Below are positions 10,973 through 20,221 of a stretch of DNA of 56,288 nucleotides, one piece after another. The position numbers were made by a program, and so were the translations under genes. Numbering within the stretch: the first letter of the stretch is position 1; each line of letters opens with the position of its first letter. Source of the stretch: Candidatus Moraniibacteriota bacterium (lineage in GTDB: Bacteria > Patescibacteriota > Minisyncoccia > Moranbacterales > GCA-2747515); contig CAMZLB010000018.1 in the NCBI GenBank assembly GCA_947311515.1, forward strand, positions 1 through 56,288. Reading direction: 5' to 3'. The notes beneath the pieces are model-generated. The model made no database searches and had not been told where the DNA came from. It was given only the letters and a program-made list of their open reading frames with translations.

Positions 10973-11392
10973 ATGAAAAGAATAGATTTTATAATTATAA
11001 CTCCTACTGGAATAGTTCATGAGTCAAAACCAGTATCAATAACCGTAGATACTGCTGATGGACAATTAACTATTTTACCTGAGCATACTCCTATCGTAGT
11101 ACCTTTGAATGCTGGTGAGATAGTTATACGTACTGAAAATAATGAAGAAATTTTTTTGGCAGTGTATGGAGGTTTTTTGGAAGTTTTAAAAAATAGTTCA
11201 GTAAATATTTTGGCTGATGGAGCATTACATGTAGAAGAGATTGATGAGGACAAGGTAAAAGAAGCTATAGAGCGTGCAGAAAAATTAAAAGAGCAAGAAT
11301 TAGATAAATCATCGATAGAATATGCAAAAGTTTCTGCAAGATTGGAGAGAGAATTAGCAAAACTTAGAGTCACTCGAAAAAGAAGGCGGTAG
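10973..11392 (+). CDS. atpC: F0F1 ATP synthase subunit epsilon
   Basis: ITP.G, G.LTILPEH.P and GGFLEV. Confidence 0.95.
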   Translation: MKRIDFIIITPTGIVHESKPVSITVDTADGQLTILPEHTPIVVPLNAGEIVIRTENNEEIFLAVYGGFLEVLKNSSVNILADGALHVEEIDEDKVKEAIERAEKLKEQELDKSSIEYAKVSARLERELAKLRVTRKRRR

Positions 11393-11418
11393 ATTGGTTT
11401 TAGGTATTGATTTAAATT

Positions 11419-11454
11419 TAAGAATGGAATTATGCAAAATCCATTCTTATTTTA
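11419..11454 (+). terminator. intrinsic terminator after the atp operon
   Basis: Stem TAAGAATGGA (11419-11428) / TCCATTCTTA (11440-11449), followed by TTTT. Confidence 0.7.
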
Positions 11455-11488
11455 ATATTTTTTTAATATCAAATTGATATATTAAATT

Positions 11489-11517
11489 TTGACTTTAAAT
11501 GTATTTAAGCTTACAAT
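11489..11517 (+). promoter_or_regulatory. sigma70 promoter of the mre operon
   Basis: TTGACT, N17, TACAAT. Confidence 0.55.
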
Positions 11518-11578
11518 TATATTACAAAACAAAAATAATTCAAGGATCAGTTTATACTGATTTTTTAGGCATAAAAAC

Positions 11579-12670
11579 ATGAAAAAATTATTCTCACAAG
11601 TAAAAAAAAATATAGAAAATAAATTATTCAAATCATTTTCAAAAGATATAGGAATAGATTTAGGAACCGCAAATACTCTAGTGTATGTAGCTGGGGAGGG
11701 AATTGTTATGAATGAACCAAGCGTTGTAGCTATAAATGAAAAAACTGGTCAAATAGTGGCGATAGGAAAGGATGCAAAGAAAATGGTTGGTAAGACACCT
11801 AGTCACATAAAAGCTATTAGACCTCTAGTTGATGGAGTGGTAAGTGATTTTGAGATTACAGAAAAAATGCTTAGATATTTCATAGAAAAAGTCCATAAAA
11901 AGAAATTTTTTTCTTCATTTGTACATCCTAGAGTTTTAATAGGAATACCTTCTGGAGTGACGGAAGTAGAAAAAAGAGCTGTGATAGATGCAGCAAAAAA
12001 TGCTGGTGCTCGTGAAGCTTATCTTATAGATGAGCCAATGGCAGCGTCAATAGGTTCAAGATTGCCAGTTATGGAAGCTGGTGGAAATATGATAGTAGAC
12101 ATTGGTGGAGGTACTAGTGAAATAGCTGTTATATCTTTAGGAGGTGTAGTTGTATCTAGATCACTTAGAGTTGCAGGTGACGAGTTGAATGAAGATATTA
12201 TTAGATATTGCAGGAGTAATTATAACATACTAATAGGTGAACGAACTGCTGAAAGATTGAAAATCTCAATAGGAAGTGCTTATCCAGATAAAGCTTCTAG
12301 ATCTATGAAAATTAGAGGGAGGGACTTGATAACCGGACTTCCAAAAGAAGTTAATGTGGGTGATGAGGATATAAGAGATGCTATGGAACGTTCAATGAGA
12401 ATAATAGTCAACACAATAAAAACTATTATAGAAGAAACTCCGCCTGAACTTATTTCTGATGTTATGGAGCAAGGAATTATTCTTGCTGGTGGTGGCGGAC
12501 TCACTCGTGGACTTGATAAGTTAATTGCAAATGAAACAGGGATGCCAGTTCGCAGAATGGAAGATTCTCTTACAGCCGTTGCCAGAGGAGCAGGAATTGT
12601 TCTTGAAGATTTTGATAATTTACAAGAAGTTCTTATTGAGAGTGAATCACTTGGTCCGATAAAGGTTTAA
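11579..12670 (+). CDS. mreB: rod shape-determining protein MreB
   Basis: GIDLGTANTL, EPSVVA, DIGGGT and LAGGG. Confidence 0.98.
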   Translation: MKKLFSQVKKNIENKLFKSFSKDIGIDLGTANTLVYVAGEGIVMNEPSVVAINEKTGQIVAIGKDAKKMVGKTPSHIKAIRPLVDGVVSDFEITEKMLRYFIEKVHKKKFFSSFVHPRVLIGIPSGVTEVEKRAVIDAAKNAGAREAYLIDEPMAASIGSRLPVMEAGGNMIVDIGGGTSEIAVISLGGVVVSRSLRVAGDELNEDIIRYCRSNYNILIGERTAERLKISIGSAYPDKASRSMKIRGRDLITGLPKEVNVGDEDIRDAMERSMRIIVNTIKTIIEETPPELISDVMEQGIILAGGGGLTRGLDKLIANETGMPVRRMEDSLTAVARGAGIVLEDFDNLQEVLIESESLGPIKV

Positions 12671-12689
12671 AATATAAAAATAGCTATCT

Positions 12690-13505
12690 ATGCAATCACT
12701 GCATTCAAAAAAAATATCTCTTAGAATAATTATTGGTGTATTGAGTATTTTTATTTTTTTAGTATTAAATATATTTGGTGTTAGAACTTTCTTAAAAGGA
12801 CAGCTACATGACATACTAACTCCAATTTTATCACTAAGCTCTAATAAAGGCTCACAGGTTTCTCAGATATTAAATTTAATCTCAAATTTATCTTCTGTGC
12901 GAGAAGATATTGAAAAAAACAAAGAAAAAGTATTTAGTCTTGAGGCTGAAAATGCTTATTTGAGACATTTAAAAAAAGAAAATAAAGAGCTTAGAGAAAT
13001 TTTAGATTTGTCAGTATCTGTTGACAATAAAGGAACTGTTGTAGATATTATAATGAAAGATTTTAAGGGTGGTGAATGGATTCTTATAAATAAAGGCTAT
13101 TCTGATGGTATAAATGAGGGAGATATTGCAATTAGTGCTCAAAATGTGTTGATTGGTTCAGTTTATAAAGTTACAAAAGAGTCAGCATATATTCAATTAA
13201 CAACTAGTGAAGAAAGTGTTTATCATGTGTTATTATCTGGTACAGATAATAATGCTGTAGCAAAAGGATCACACGGAAATTCAATAAAAGTTGAGTATAT
13301 TGATTCTTTGGCAAAAGTACAAGAAGGTGACGTTTTTTTATACAATAACATAGAAAGTATAGAATTATTTGCAAAAAAACCGTCAATTGGAGTAGTTCAG
13401 GAAATATTTGTACCAGATGATAAACTTTCACAAAGTGTATATCTAGTGCCCCTTTACGACATAAAACTTTTAAATTATGTATTAATTTTTCATAAAAATA
13501 TCTGA
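12690..13505 (+). CDS. mreC: rod shape-determining protein MreC
   Basis: TM segment, coiled coil ENKELREIL, INKG..DGI and synteny. Confidence 0.9.
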   Translation: MQSLHSKKISLRIIIGVLSIFIFLVLNIFGVRTFLKGQLHDILTPILSLSSNKGSQVSQILNLISNLSSVREDIEKNKEKVFSLEAENAYLRHLKKENKELREILDLSVSVDNKGTVVDIIMKDFKGGEWILINKGYSDGINEGDIAISAQNVLIGSVYKVTKESAYIQLTTSEESVYHVLLSGTDNNAVAKGSHGNSIKVEYIDSLAKVQEGDVFLYNNIESIELFAKKPSIGVVQEIFVPDDKLSQSVYLVPLYDIKLLNYVLIFHKNI

Positions 13506-14014
13506 TGTTATTTACTTTTTTTTATTATATATTATCTATAATTTTGTTTATATTTCTACAAAATTTATTCGCGGAAATTACAATTCATGCAATATTTATA
13601 AGTATCACTATAATATTTACTATGAGTCAAGTACTATCAGATAAAAAATATTTAATATTTGTGGGAGTGTATGGATTATTTTTTGATATAATTTTTACAA
13701 AAACCTTTGGTTTATATTTTGTTATATTTATTTCTATAGCTTTTTTGTTTAAATTTCTAATAAAAAATATTTTAAATTCTGTAAATATGTCGATTTTTGG
13801 TACTATCGCTTTATTGTTTGGAGGAGTTTTTTTGGTTACGTTAGTACATGATCTAATTGTTGAGAATATTATAGATTTTTACAGAGATATTGTAATCATA
13901 TTTATGTGTAGTTTGTTTGCTATTTTTGAATTTTTAATTTTTAAAAAAATGTTAGAATTTTCAGAAAAGGTTTCAAATAGATTATCGAGTTCAAATTCAA
14001 AAAAACATGTATAA
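13505..14014 (+). CDS. mreD: rod shape-determining protein MreD
   Basis: Hydrophobic 169-aa protein with GLFFD..FG, located between mreC and mrdA. Confidence 0.75.
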   Translation: MLFTFFYYILSIILFIFLQNLFAEITIHAIFISITIIFTMSQVLSDKKYLIFVGVYGLFFDIIFTKTFGLYFVIFISIAFLFKFLIKNILNSVNMSIFGTIALLFGGVFLVTLVHDLIVENIIDFYRDIVIIFMCSLFAIFEFLIFKKMLEFSEKVSNRLSSSNSKKHV

Positions 14015-14034
14015 TATTATTTTAATAAAAATAT

Positions 14035-15942
14035 ATGAAGATTGATAAAAATAAAGGTTATGATGTAGATGATGATATTTTATCACTTGGAAGTGAAGGT
14101 GCTCAAGTAAGTGATTATGCATTTAATAGAAGATGGTTTAATATAATCTGGCTAATTATATCTAGTGTAATTTTTTTACTTATTACTAAGGTTTTTTACA
14201 TATCTGTAATAAATCATAATAAATATGTAAGTAAAGCTTCAGGGAATATTTTACACACATCTCCAATAATTGCACCTAGAGGAAGGATTTTTAGCAATGA
14301 TGAAAAAATTTTGGTGGATAATATTCCAAATTATAGTGCTACAATTTTATATGAATATATAGAAGATGATTGTAAATCTTTCGTGAATGAAATTTCAAAA
14401 ATACTAAAATTAAATAAGGATGATATAATAAATAAAATAAATATAGCAAGGGAAAATAGGGGTAATATTGTACTTAAAGAAAAATTGACGCATAATGATG
14501 TTGTGCTTCTAAAAAGTTCAAAAAGTATTCCGAAGTATATTCAAGTTGAAAAAAATGCTTTAAGAATTTATAATGATTCTACTTTATTTTCTCATATTAT
14601 GGGCTATGAAGGATTGATTCAACGTGAAGAATATGAAAATAGAAAGGATTATCTATTGACAGATAGAATTGGTAAAACTGGACTTGAATATCAATATGAA
14701 AATTTATTACATGGTACTCATGGATATAAAAAAACACTGCGTGACAGTAGGGGTAAAATTATAAAACAACTTGAAGAAGAAAAGGTGATTCCAGGTGATG
14801 ATTTATATACACATTTAAATTTTAAATTACAAAAGCATTTAACATATGCTATAAAAGAACAATTTGAAAAAGCTGGAACAAGTAAGGCAGTGGGAATTGC
14901 ACTTGATCCAAGAAATGGAGCAGTCTTAGCATTGGTTAGTCTGCCCTCATATGACAATAATTTGTTTTCTAATGGTATAAGTGTCGAAAATTATGGTCAA
15001 TTATTAAAAAATCCAGATAAGCCTCTTTTTAATAGAGCAATTTCAGGAGCTTATCCACCAGGATCTACAGTTAAACCACCTCTTGCAGCAGTTGCTTTAG
15101 AAGAAGGGATTATAAGTCCAGAAGCGAAAATTGAAAGTAGAGGAGGTCTTCAGTATGGTAAATTCTTTTTTGGTGACTGGAAGGCTCATGGATTTACTGA
15201 TATGCGTAGAGCAATAGCTGTTTCTAGTGACGTGTATTTTTATGTAGTCGGAGGAGGTTATAAAGACATAAAAGGATTGGGTATAGAAAAAATGCATGAG
15301 GGATATGAAAAATTCGGTTATGGAAATTTAACGGGAATAGACTTGCCTAATGAGATTTCAGGAATTAATCCAGATAAGAAGTGGAAGTTAGAAAATATAG
15401 GAGAGAGATGGTATATAGGAGATACATTTCATAGTTCTATAGGTCAAGGATTTATGACGGCTACACCTCTTCAGATTGCAACTTCTATAGTACCAATTGC
15501 AAATGGTGGAACTATGTACAAACCAAAAATTATCAAAAAATCTATATCTAAAAACGGAAAAGAGAAAATTTTTGAATCAGAAATATTAAAAGAAAATGTT
15601 CTTAGCGAGTATTCGTTACAAGTAGCAAAAGAGGGTATGAGGGAAACAGTTACAGAGGGAACAGCAAGAATGTTAAAAGACTTACCAATTAAAATAGCCG
15701 GAAAAACTGGCACTTCAGAATTTGGTAAAAAAGAAAAAGTACATTCATGGTTTGTAAGTTTTGCACCATATGATAATCCAGAAATTTTATTATTGATTAT
15801 GATGGAAGGTCAAGTGAAAAGTATTTCTACTTCCACTGTTCCAATTGCAAAAAGTGTGTATGAATGGTACTTTAAACAAGAAGAATTAGATAATTTAATT
15901 AATTTAGAAAATAATTTATCCCATAGGGATAAAAAAGAGTAA
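14035..15942 (+). CDS. mrdA: penicillin-binding protein 2
   Basis: APRGRI, GKTGLE, PGSTVK (SxxK), SSD and KTGT. Confidence 0.95.
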   Translation: MKIDKNKGYDVDDDILSLGSEGAQVSDYAFNRRWFNIIWLIISSVIFLLITKVFYISVINHNKYVSKASGNILHTSPIIAPRGRIFSNDEKILVDNIPNYSATILYEYIEDDCKSFVNEISKILKLNKDDIINKINIARENRGNIVLKEKLTHNDVVLLKSSKSIPKYIQVEKNALRIYNDSTLFSHIMGYEGLIQREEYENRKDYLLTDRIGKTGLEYQYENLLHGTHGYKKTLRDSRGKIIKQLEEEKVIPGDDLYTHLNFKLQKHLTYAIKEQFEKAGTSKAVGIALDPRNGAVLALVSLPSYDNNLFSNGISVENYGQLLKNPDKPLFNRAISGAYPPGSTVKPPLAAVALEEGIISPEAKIESRGGLQYGKFFFGDWKAHGFTDMRRAIAVSSDVYFYVVGGGYKDIKGLGIEKMHEGYEKFGYGNLTGIDLPNEISGINPDKKWKLENIGERWYIGDTFHSSIGQGFMTATPLQIATSIVPIANGGTMYKPKIIKKSISKNGKEKIFESEILKENVLSEYSLQVAKEGMRETVTEGTARMLKDLPIKIAGKTGTSEFGKKEKVHSWFVSFAPYDNPEILLLIMMEGQVKSISTSTVPIAKSVYEWYFKQEELDNLINLENNLSHRDKKE

Positions 15943-15973
15943 TTTTGTAGTTTTTTCCTAATGGACAAATTTA

Positions 15974-17368
15974 ATGAAGAAAATGATAAAAAAACTAATA
16001 AATAAAGTAAAGTTAAAATTTAAAGAAAGTTTAGAAGAAAATGGTGGTAGTTATAAAAATTTAATATTACATAGTGCTTTAGCTCTAACTCTAACATCTG
16101 GATTTAGTTATATTTTTGGATTCATTAGAGATAGGGTTTTAATACAAGAATTTGGAGTGAGTAGGGAATTAGATATTTATTATGCTGCATTTGTACTTCC
16201 AGATATTTTATTAGCTATTTTCGTAACGACTTGCGTATCTGCTGTTCTCATCCCTATGTTTTCAGAAAAAATAAGCATTAGCAAAAATGATGCAAGAGAT
16301 TACTTCTATAACGTAGCATCTTTCATTTCTAGTATAATAATAGTCCTAGCTATTTTAATAGCAATTTTCCTGCCATATATCACAAAATTTTTAATTAAAG
16401 ACTTTAGTGAGTCTGACACGGAACTTTACATAACAATTGTTAGAATAATACTTATTTCTCCAGTACTTTTTGCCTTTTCTAACTTTTTTGGAGGAGTTCT
16501 TATAACTACTAAAGATTTCTTTTTCTATGGAATTGCTCCAGTTTTTTATAATCTAGGGATAATTTTTGGTGTATTTATGCTAGTTCCAACTTATGGAATT
16601 GAGGGAGTTGCTATAGGAACAATTATTGGAGCTTTTTTACATTTTTTAAGTAGAGCTTGTATTGGTTTTTTTCGAGTAGGATTACCAAAAATTAGTTTTA
16701 AGTGGGATTATGCAATTAAAAAAACATTTAGACTTATGTTTCCAAAAATTTTTCAAATAGGTGCATGGCAAATTCTTTTATGGTGGTTTATATTTTTGAC
16801 CAGTGGTATGTCTGAGGGAAGCGTAACTGTTTATTCGGTAGCTAGAAATTTTCAAAGTATGCCAGTTTCTCTCATAGGAATTGCTATAGCGATTAGTACA
16901 TTTTCAACATTATCTCATATAGCAATAACTAAAGATATGAGAAAATTTAGAAAAGTTGTAAATAAAAAAGTTATTTTAGTTATAATGTTAACTACTTTAT
17001 CTGCTATAATTTTGGCAATCATGGGGAAGTTATTGATAACTGTGTTATTTTCTGGAAAATTATTGGATACTAATGATGTGAATAGAATTGCAATATTATT
17101 AGCTGTTTATACTATAAGTATTCCTTTGGAAAGTATTATGCATATTCTTGCTCGTACTCATTATGCACTTCAAAAAACATTCATTCCATCGATAATACAT
17201 ATATTTTCTATATCTGTTACAATAATGATTAGTTGGTATTTTCAAGATATTGGAATATACATAATACCAATTTCTTTTGTAGTTGGTATATTACTACAAA
17301 ACATGTTATTATATATCTCATATATTAATTTAACAAAAAAATATGAGTTACGCAACTTTTGTAAGTAA
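15974..17368 (+). CDS. murJ: lipid II flippase MurJ/MviN (paralogue 1)
   Basis: GFIRD, DIYYAAFVLPD, APVFYN and P.SLIG.A; multi-TM MOP fold. Confidence 0.85.
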   Translation: MKKMIKKLINKVKLKFKESLEENGGSYKNLILHSALALTLTSGFSYIFGFIRDRVLIQEFGVSRELDIYYAAFVLPDILLAIFVTTCVSAVLIPMFSEKISISKNDARDYFYNVASFISSIIIVLAILIAIFLPYITKFLIKDFSESDTELYITIVRIILISPVLFAFSNFFGGVLITTKDFFFYGIAPVFYNLGIIFGVFMLVPTYGIEGVAIGTIIGAFLHFLSRACIGFFRVGLPKISFKWDYAIKKTFRLMFPKIFQIGAWQILLWWFIFLTSGMSEGSVTVYSVARNFQSMPVSLIGIAIAISTFSTLSHIAITKDMRKFRKVVNKKVILVIMLTTLSAIILAIMGKLLITVLFSGKLLDTNDVNRIAILLAVYTISIPLESIMHILARTHYALQKTFIPSIIHIFSISVTIMISWYFQDIGIYIIPISFVVGILLQNMLLYISYINLTKKYELRNFCK

Positions 17369-17735
17369 TAAACTTACTTATGCAATAATAGGTGTTTCTC
17401 TTGACGTAAAAAAATTTGGAAATAGAGTTTTTTCTTATATGAAGGAAAATAAGTATAATGTATTTCCAATAAATCCAAAAGGAGGAGTAATCCTTGATTC
17501 AAAAATTTATAAATCAATAGATGAAATAGATAAAAAAATTGATGTGATAGTTTTCGTGGTTTCACCAAAAATAGCTACAGCTGTACTTGAAAAAGTTATT
17601 CAAAAAGGAATCAAAAAAGCCTGGTTTCAACCTGGAAGTGAGAGTTTGGAGGCTAAAAGAATTTGTGAAAAAAATGATATTGAATTTGTAATGGAAGAGT
17701 GTATAATGATAGAAAGTGAAAAAATGAAGCTTTAG
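17343..17735 (+). CDS. CoA-binding protein (YccU-like)
   Basis: AIIGVS...KFG, PINP and WFQPG. Confidence 0.88.
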   Translation: MSYATFVSNKLTYAIIGVSLDVKKFGNRVFSYMKENKYNVFPINPKGGVILDSKIYKSIDEIDKKIDVIVFVVSPKIATAVLEKVIQKGIKKAWFQPGSESLEAKRICEKNDIEFVMEECIMIESEKMKL

Positions 17736-17736
17736 T

Positions 17737-18168
17737 ATGAAAATTAATTTTGTAACTGTAGGAAGTCCAAATCTAAAATTTGCTCGTGATGGATTTGCTG
17801 AATATACAAAACGTATTCAAAAATTTCATAAAATTTCAGTAATTCACCTCAAAGAAAAAAACGCAACTAAACAAATGATTGAATTTATGAATGGTAAATT
17901 CAATGTAGTACTTGATGAACATGGTAAAGAATTCAAGAGTGTTGAATTGGCAAGTTTTTTGGATAAAAAAGCAATTGAGGGTATAAGTGAAATAACTTTT
18001 TATATTGGCGGTCCAGATGGGCATAGTAGAGATATTATAGATAGGGCGAATTTATTATGGTCACTTAGTAAGCTCACATTTCCACATGATATAGCAATAT
18101 TATTGTTATCTGAAGCAATTTATAGAGCAAGTACCATAAACGTAAATCATCCTTATCACAGAGAATAA
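17737..18168 (+). CDS. rlmH: 23S rRNA pseudouridine1915-N3 methyltransferase
   Basis: LDEHG..F.S, IGGPDG, SLSKLTFPH and HPYHRE. Confidence 0.95.
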   Translation: MKINFVTVGSPNLKFARDGFAEYTKRIQKFHKISVIHLKEKNATKQMIEFMNGKFNVVLDEHGKEFKSVELASFLDKKAIEGISEITFYIGGPDGHSRDIIDRANLLWSLSKLTFPHDIAILLLSEAIYRASTINVNHPYHRE

Positions 18169-18917
18169 TGAAAAATGAAATTAAACAAGAGGATATAAAT
18201 TTATTTCAAAAAGAACGTAAGGGTAATGATGATTTCGTTATAATTGAAGGTTTACATGCCTTTAAGCATGCAGTTAGATTTGGTGCAAAATTTGAAAAAA
18301 TTTATATATATAATGAAACTAAAATTCTGCAAATAGCAAAAAAATTTTTAAAATTTAAAGAATATAATTATTTGCAGAAAAATTATATATGTATATCTAA
18401 GAGTGATTTTGAAAGAATTGCACCAAATGCAATAAGAACTGGAATTGTAGGAAGGGCAAAGAAATTGATAAATTTGTATCCTGATAATAATGGATTTGTA
18501 ATTGTACTAGAAGATCCTAGAGACTTAAATAATGTAGGTGCTGTAGTACGTGCATCAGCTGCTAAAGGCGTAAATTCCATTGTAACTATAGGAGATACTA
18601 GCCCATGGCATACAAATGCAATTAGAGGGTCTGCAGGACTTCATTTTGCTCAACCTGTTTTATCTATGAATAGTATCAAAGAATTGTTGGATACTTTTCC
18701 AAATAGAAATGTTATTGCTGTAAGTGATGAGGGAGAAACTGTATATGATATTAAAATAAATTCACAAAGCATATTAATATTTGGTTCTGAGAGAAACGGT
18801 GTAAAACAATCTACAAAAAAAATATCAGATAAAATAATAGGACTACCAATGCAAGAGGGTGTGTCTAGTATGAATCTTGCTACGTCAGTCAGTGCTTTTT
18901 TGTACTCATCAAAATAA
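18168..18917 (+). CDS. TrmH/SpoU family RNA methyltransferase
   Basis: EDPRDLNNVGAVVR, FGSE..G and PM....SMNLATS. Confidence 0.9.
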   Translation: MKNEIKQEDINLFQKERKGNDDFVIIEGLHAFKHAVRFGAKFEKIYIYNETKILQIAKKFLKFKEYNYLQKNYICISKSDFERIAPNAIRTGIVGRAKKLINLYPDNNGFVIVLEDPRDLNNVGAVVRASAAKGVNSIVTIGDTSPWHTNAIRGSAGLHFAQPVLSMNSIKELLDTFPNRNVIAVSDEGETVYDIKINSQSILIFGSERNGVKQSTKKISDKIIGLPMQEGVSSMNLATSVSAFLYSSK

Positions 18918-18945
18918 TTGCAAATAATTTTATGTAGTAGCTTAA

Positions 18946-19070
18946 TAACCTGTCTAAAATCTCTTAATTGCTAAAAAGTTCCTTATTTTTAACATATAAC
19001 TATCAAAGTTTATTAAATGCTGTTTAAAAATATAAAAATTTCGCAAAATAAATAGATTTTAGGCAGGCTC
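18946..19070. mobile_element. MITE-like element with terminal inverted repeats and TAA flanks
   Basis: CCTGTCTAAAATCT (18949-18962) and AGATTTTAGGCAGG (19054-19067) are 13/14 complementary. TAA flanks at 18943-18945 and 19071-19073. Confidence 0.6.
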
Positions 19071-19146
19071 TAAGGAAAAACTGCGAATCTAATTTATCAA
19101 TTTTTAACAATAAGTTAGTTATATAGTTTTTTGAATAAATAGATTA

Positions 19147-19175
19147 TTGACAATTATATAATTTAATGGTAGTAT
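19147..19175 (+). promoter_or_regulatory. sigma70 promoter
   Basis: TTGACA, N17, TAGTAT with a TG extension. Confidence 0.6.
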
Positions 19176-19206
19176 TAAATTATTAATAGGTATTTATTAT
19201 AAATAT

Positions 19207-19875
19207 ATGAAAAAAATGTTTTTGGTAGTTTTATTGGTTTTTGTGTCTATTGGTATAGGAATTTTTATAGCATTTAGTGTAATGGCTAAAAAAAACGTAG
19301 TTATTGAGGAGACAGAAAATAAAGAACAATTAGTCAAAAAAGATTTCGAAAAAGAGGATGAGCAAATGAAAGATGAGAGAGCTAATAATAGTGAAAAAAA
19401 TGAAAAAGATAAAATTTCATATGAAATGAATGTGAAAAATGAAGAGAATGTAAAAAATGAAATTAAGAAGCAGGAAGATTTAGAAAAAGAGGCCTTGATA
19501 AAAAAAGAAGAGTTAAGAAAAAGGGATATAGCTAATAAAAAGAAGGACAATAAAAAGGCAGAGAAGAAACAAGTAGTTAAAAAAGTTAAAACTATTGGTA
19601 AATGGTATCTAGTTAACTATAATAATGAATATCATGAACTTCCAAAAAATGCTTCGGAATTAACATTTAGTGATGTTTGTAAGGAAAATAAAGGTGTTAC
19701 TACTTATTGTGATTATGATGATGACTTAGGTAAGTCTTCTGCAGAAGATTTAGGAGAAGAAAAATGTGATGGTGGAGGTAAATGTGACATAGGTGATAGT
19801 TGTCTTATTTGGTATGATGAAACTCAAGATAATGGGGATGTAGAAATGAAAACAGCAACTTATAAATGTGAGTAA
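19207..19875 (+). CDS. membrane-anchored or secreted hypothetical protein with charged stalk and Cys-rich C-terminal domain
   Basis: Hydrophobic N-terminus, K/E-rich middle and six Cys in the acidic last ~65 aa. Confidence 0.75.
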   Translation: MKKMFLVVLLVFVSIGIGIFIAFSVMAKKNVVIEETENKEQLVKKDFEKEDEQMKDERANNSEKNEKDKISYEMNVKNEENVKNEIKKQEDLEKEALIKKEELRKRDIANKKKDNKKAEKKQVVKKVKTIGKWYLVNYNNEYHELPKNASELTFSDVCKENKGVTTYCDYDDDLGKSSAEDLGEEKCDGGGKCDIGDSCLIWYDETQDNGDVEMKTATYKCE

Positions 19876-19903
19876 TTAATTTTTATACTATAAAAATTAT
19901 TAT

Positions 19904-20043
19904 TTAAGGAGAGCTTATAAGACTAACTTATTAGTAAAAAAAAGAAAACAAATCTAAAATATATTTTTAAAAAATCTTTATGAATTATATTTTGTAAAAA
20001 TAATAAAAAGAGTAATCTCTGGAGTCTTGTAAACTTTCTTTAA
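19904..20043. mobile_element. MITE-like inverted-repeat element next to the tRNA-Glu 3' end
   Basis: TTAAGGAGAGCTTATAAGACT (19904-19924) versus the reverse complement of 20023-20043 (TTAAAGAAAGTTTACAAGACT): 17/21, all mismatches are transitions. Confidence 0.45.
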
Positions 20044-20050
20044 TCAAATG

Positions 20051-20122
20051 TGATCCCACGGGGAATCGAACCCCGGTTACCAGGATGAGAACCTGGCGTC
20101 CTAGCCGCTAGACGATGGGACC
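20051..20122 (-). tRNA. tRNA-Glu (anticodon CTC)
   Basis: Reverse strand GGTCCCATCGTCTAGCGGCTAGGACGCCAGGTTCTCATCCTGGTAACCGGGGTTCGATTCCCCGTGGGATCA folds as a cloverleaf with a TTCGA T-loop. CCA is not encoded. Confidence 0.97.
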
Positions 20123-20221
20123 TTTTGTAAATTATGTATAAGTATGATTATAACAGACTAAAAAAAATATGCAATAGCTTAAAAAACTTGATTTATTATA
20201 TATCTCAAGTATTATATAATT

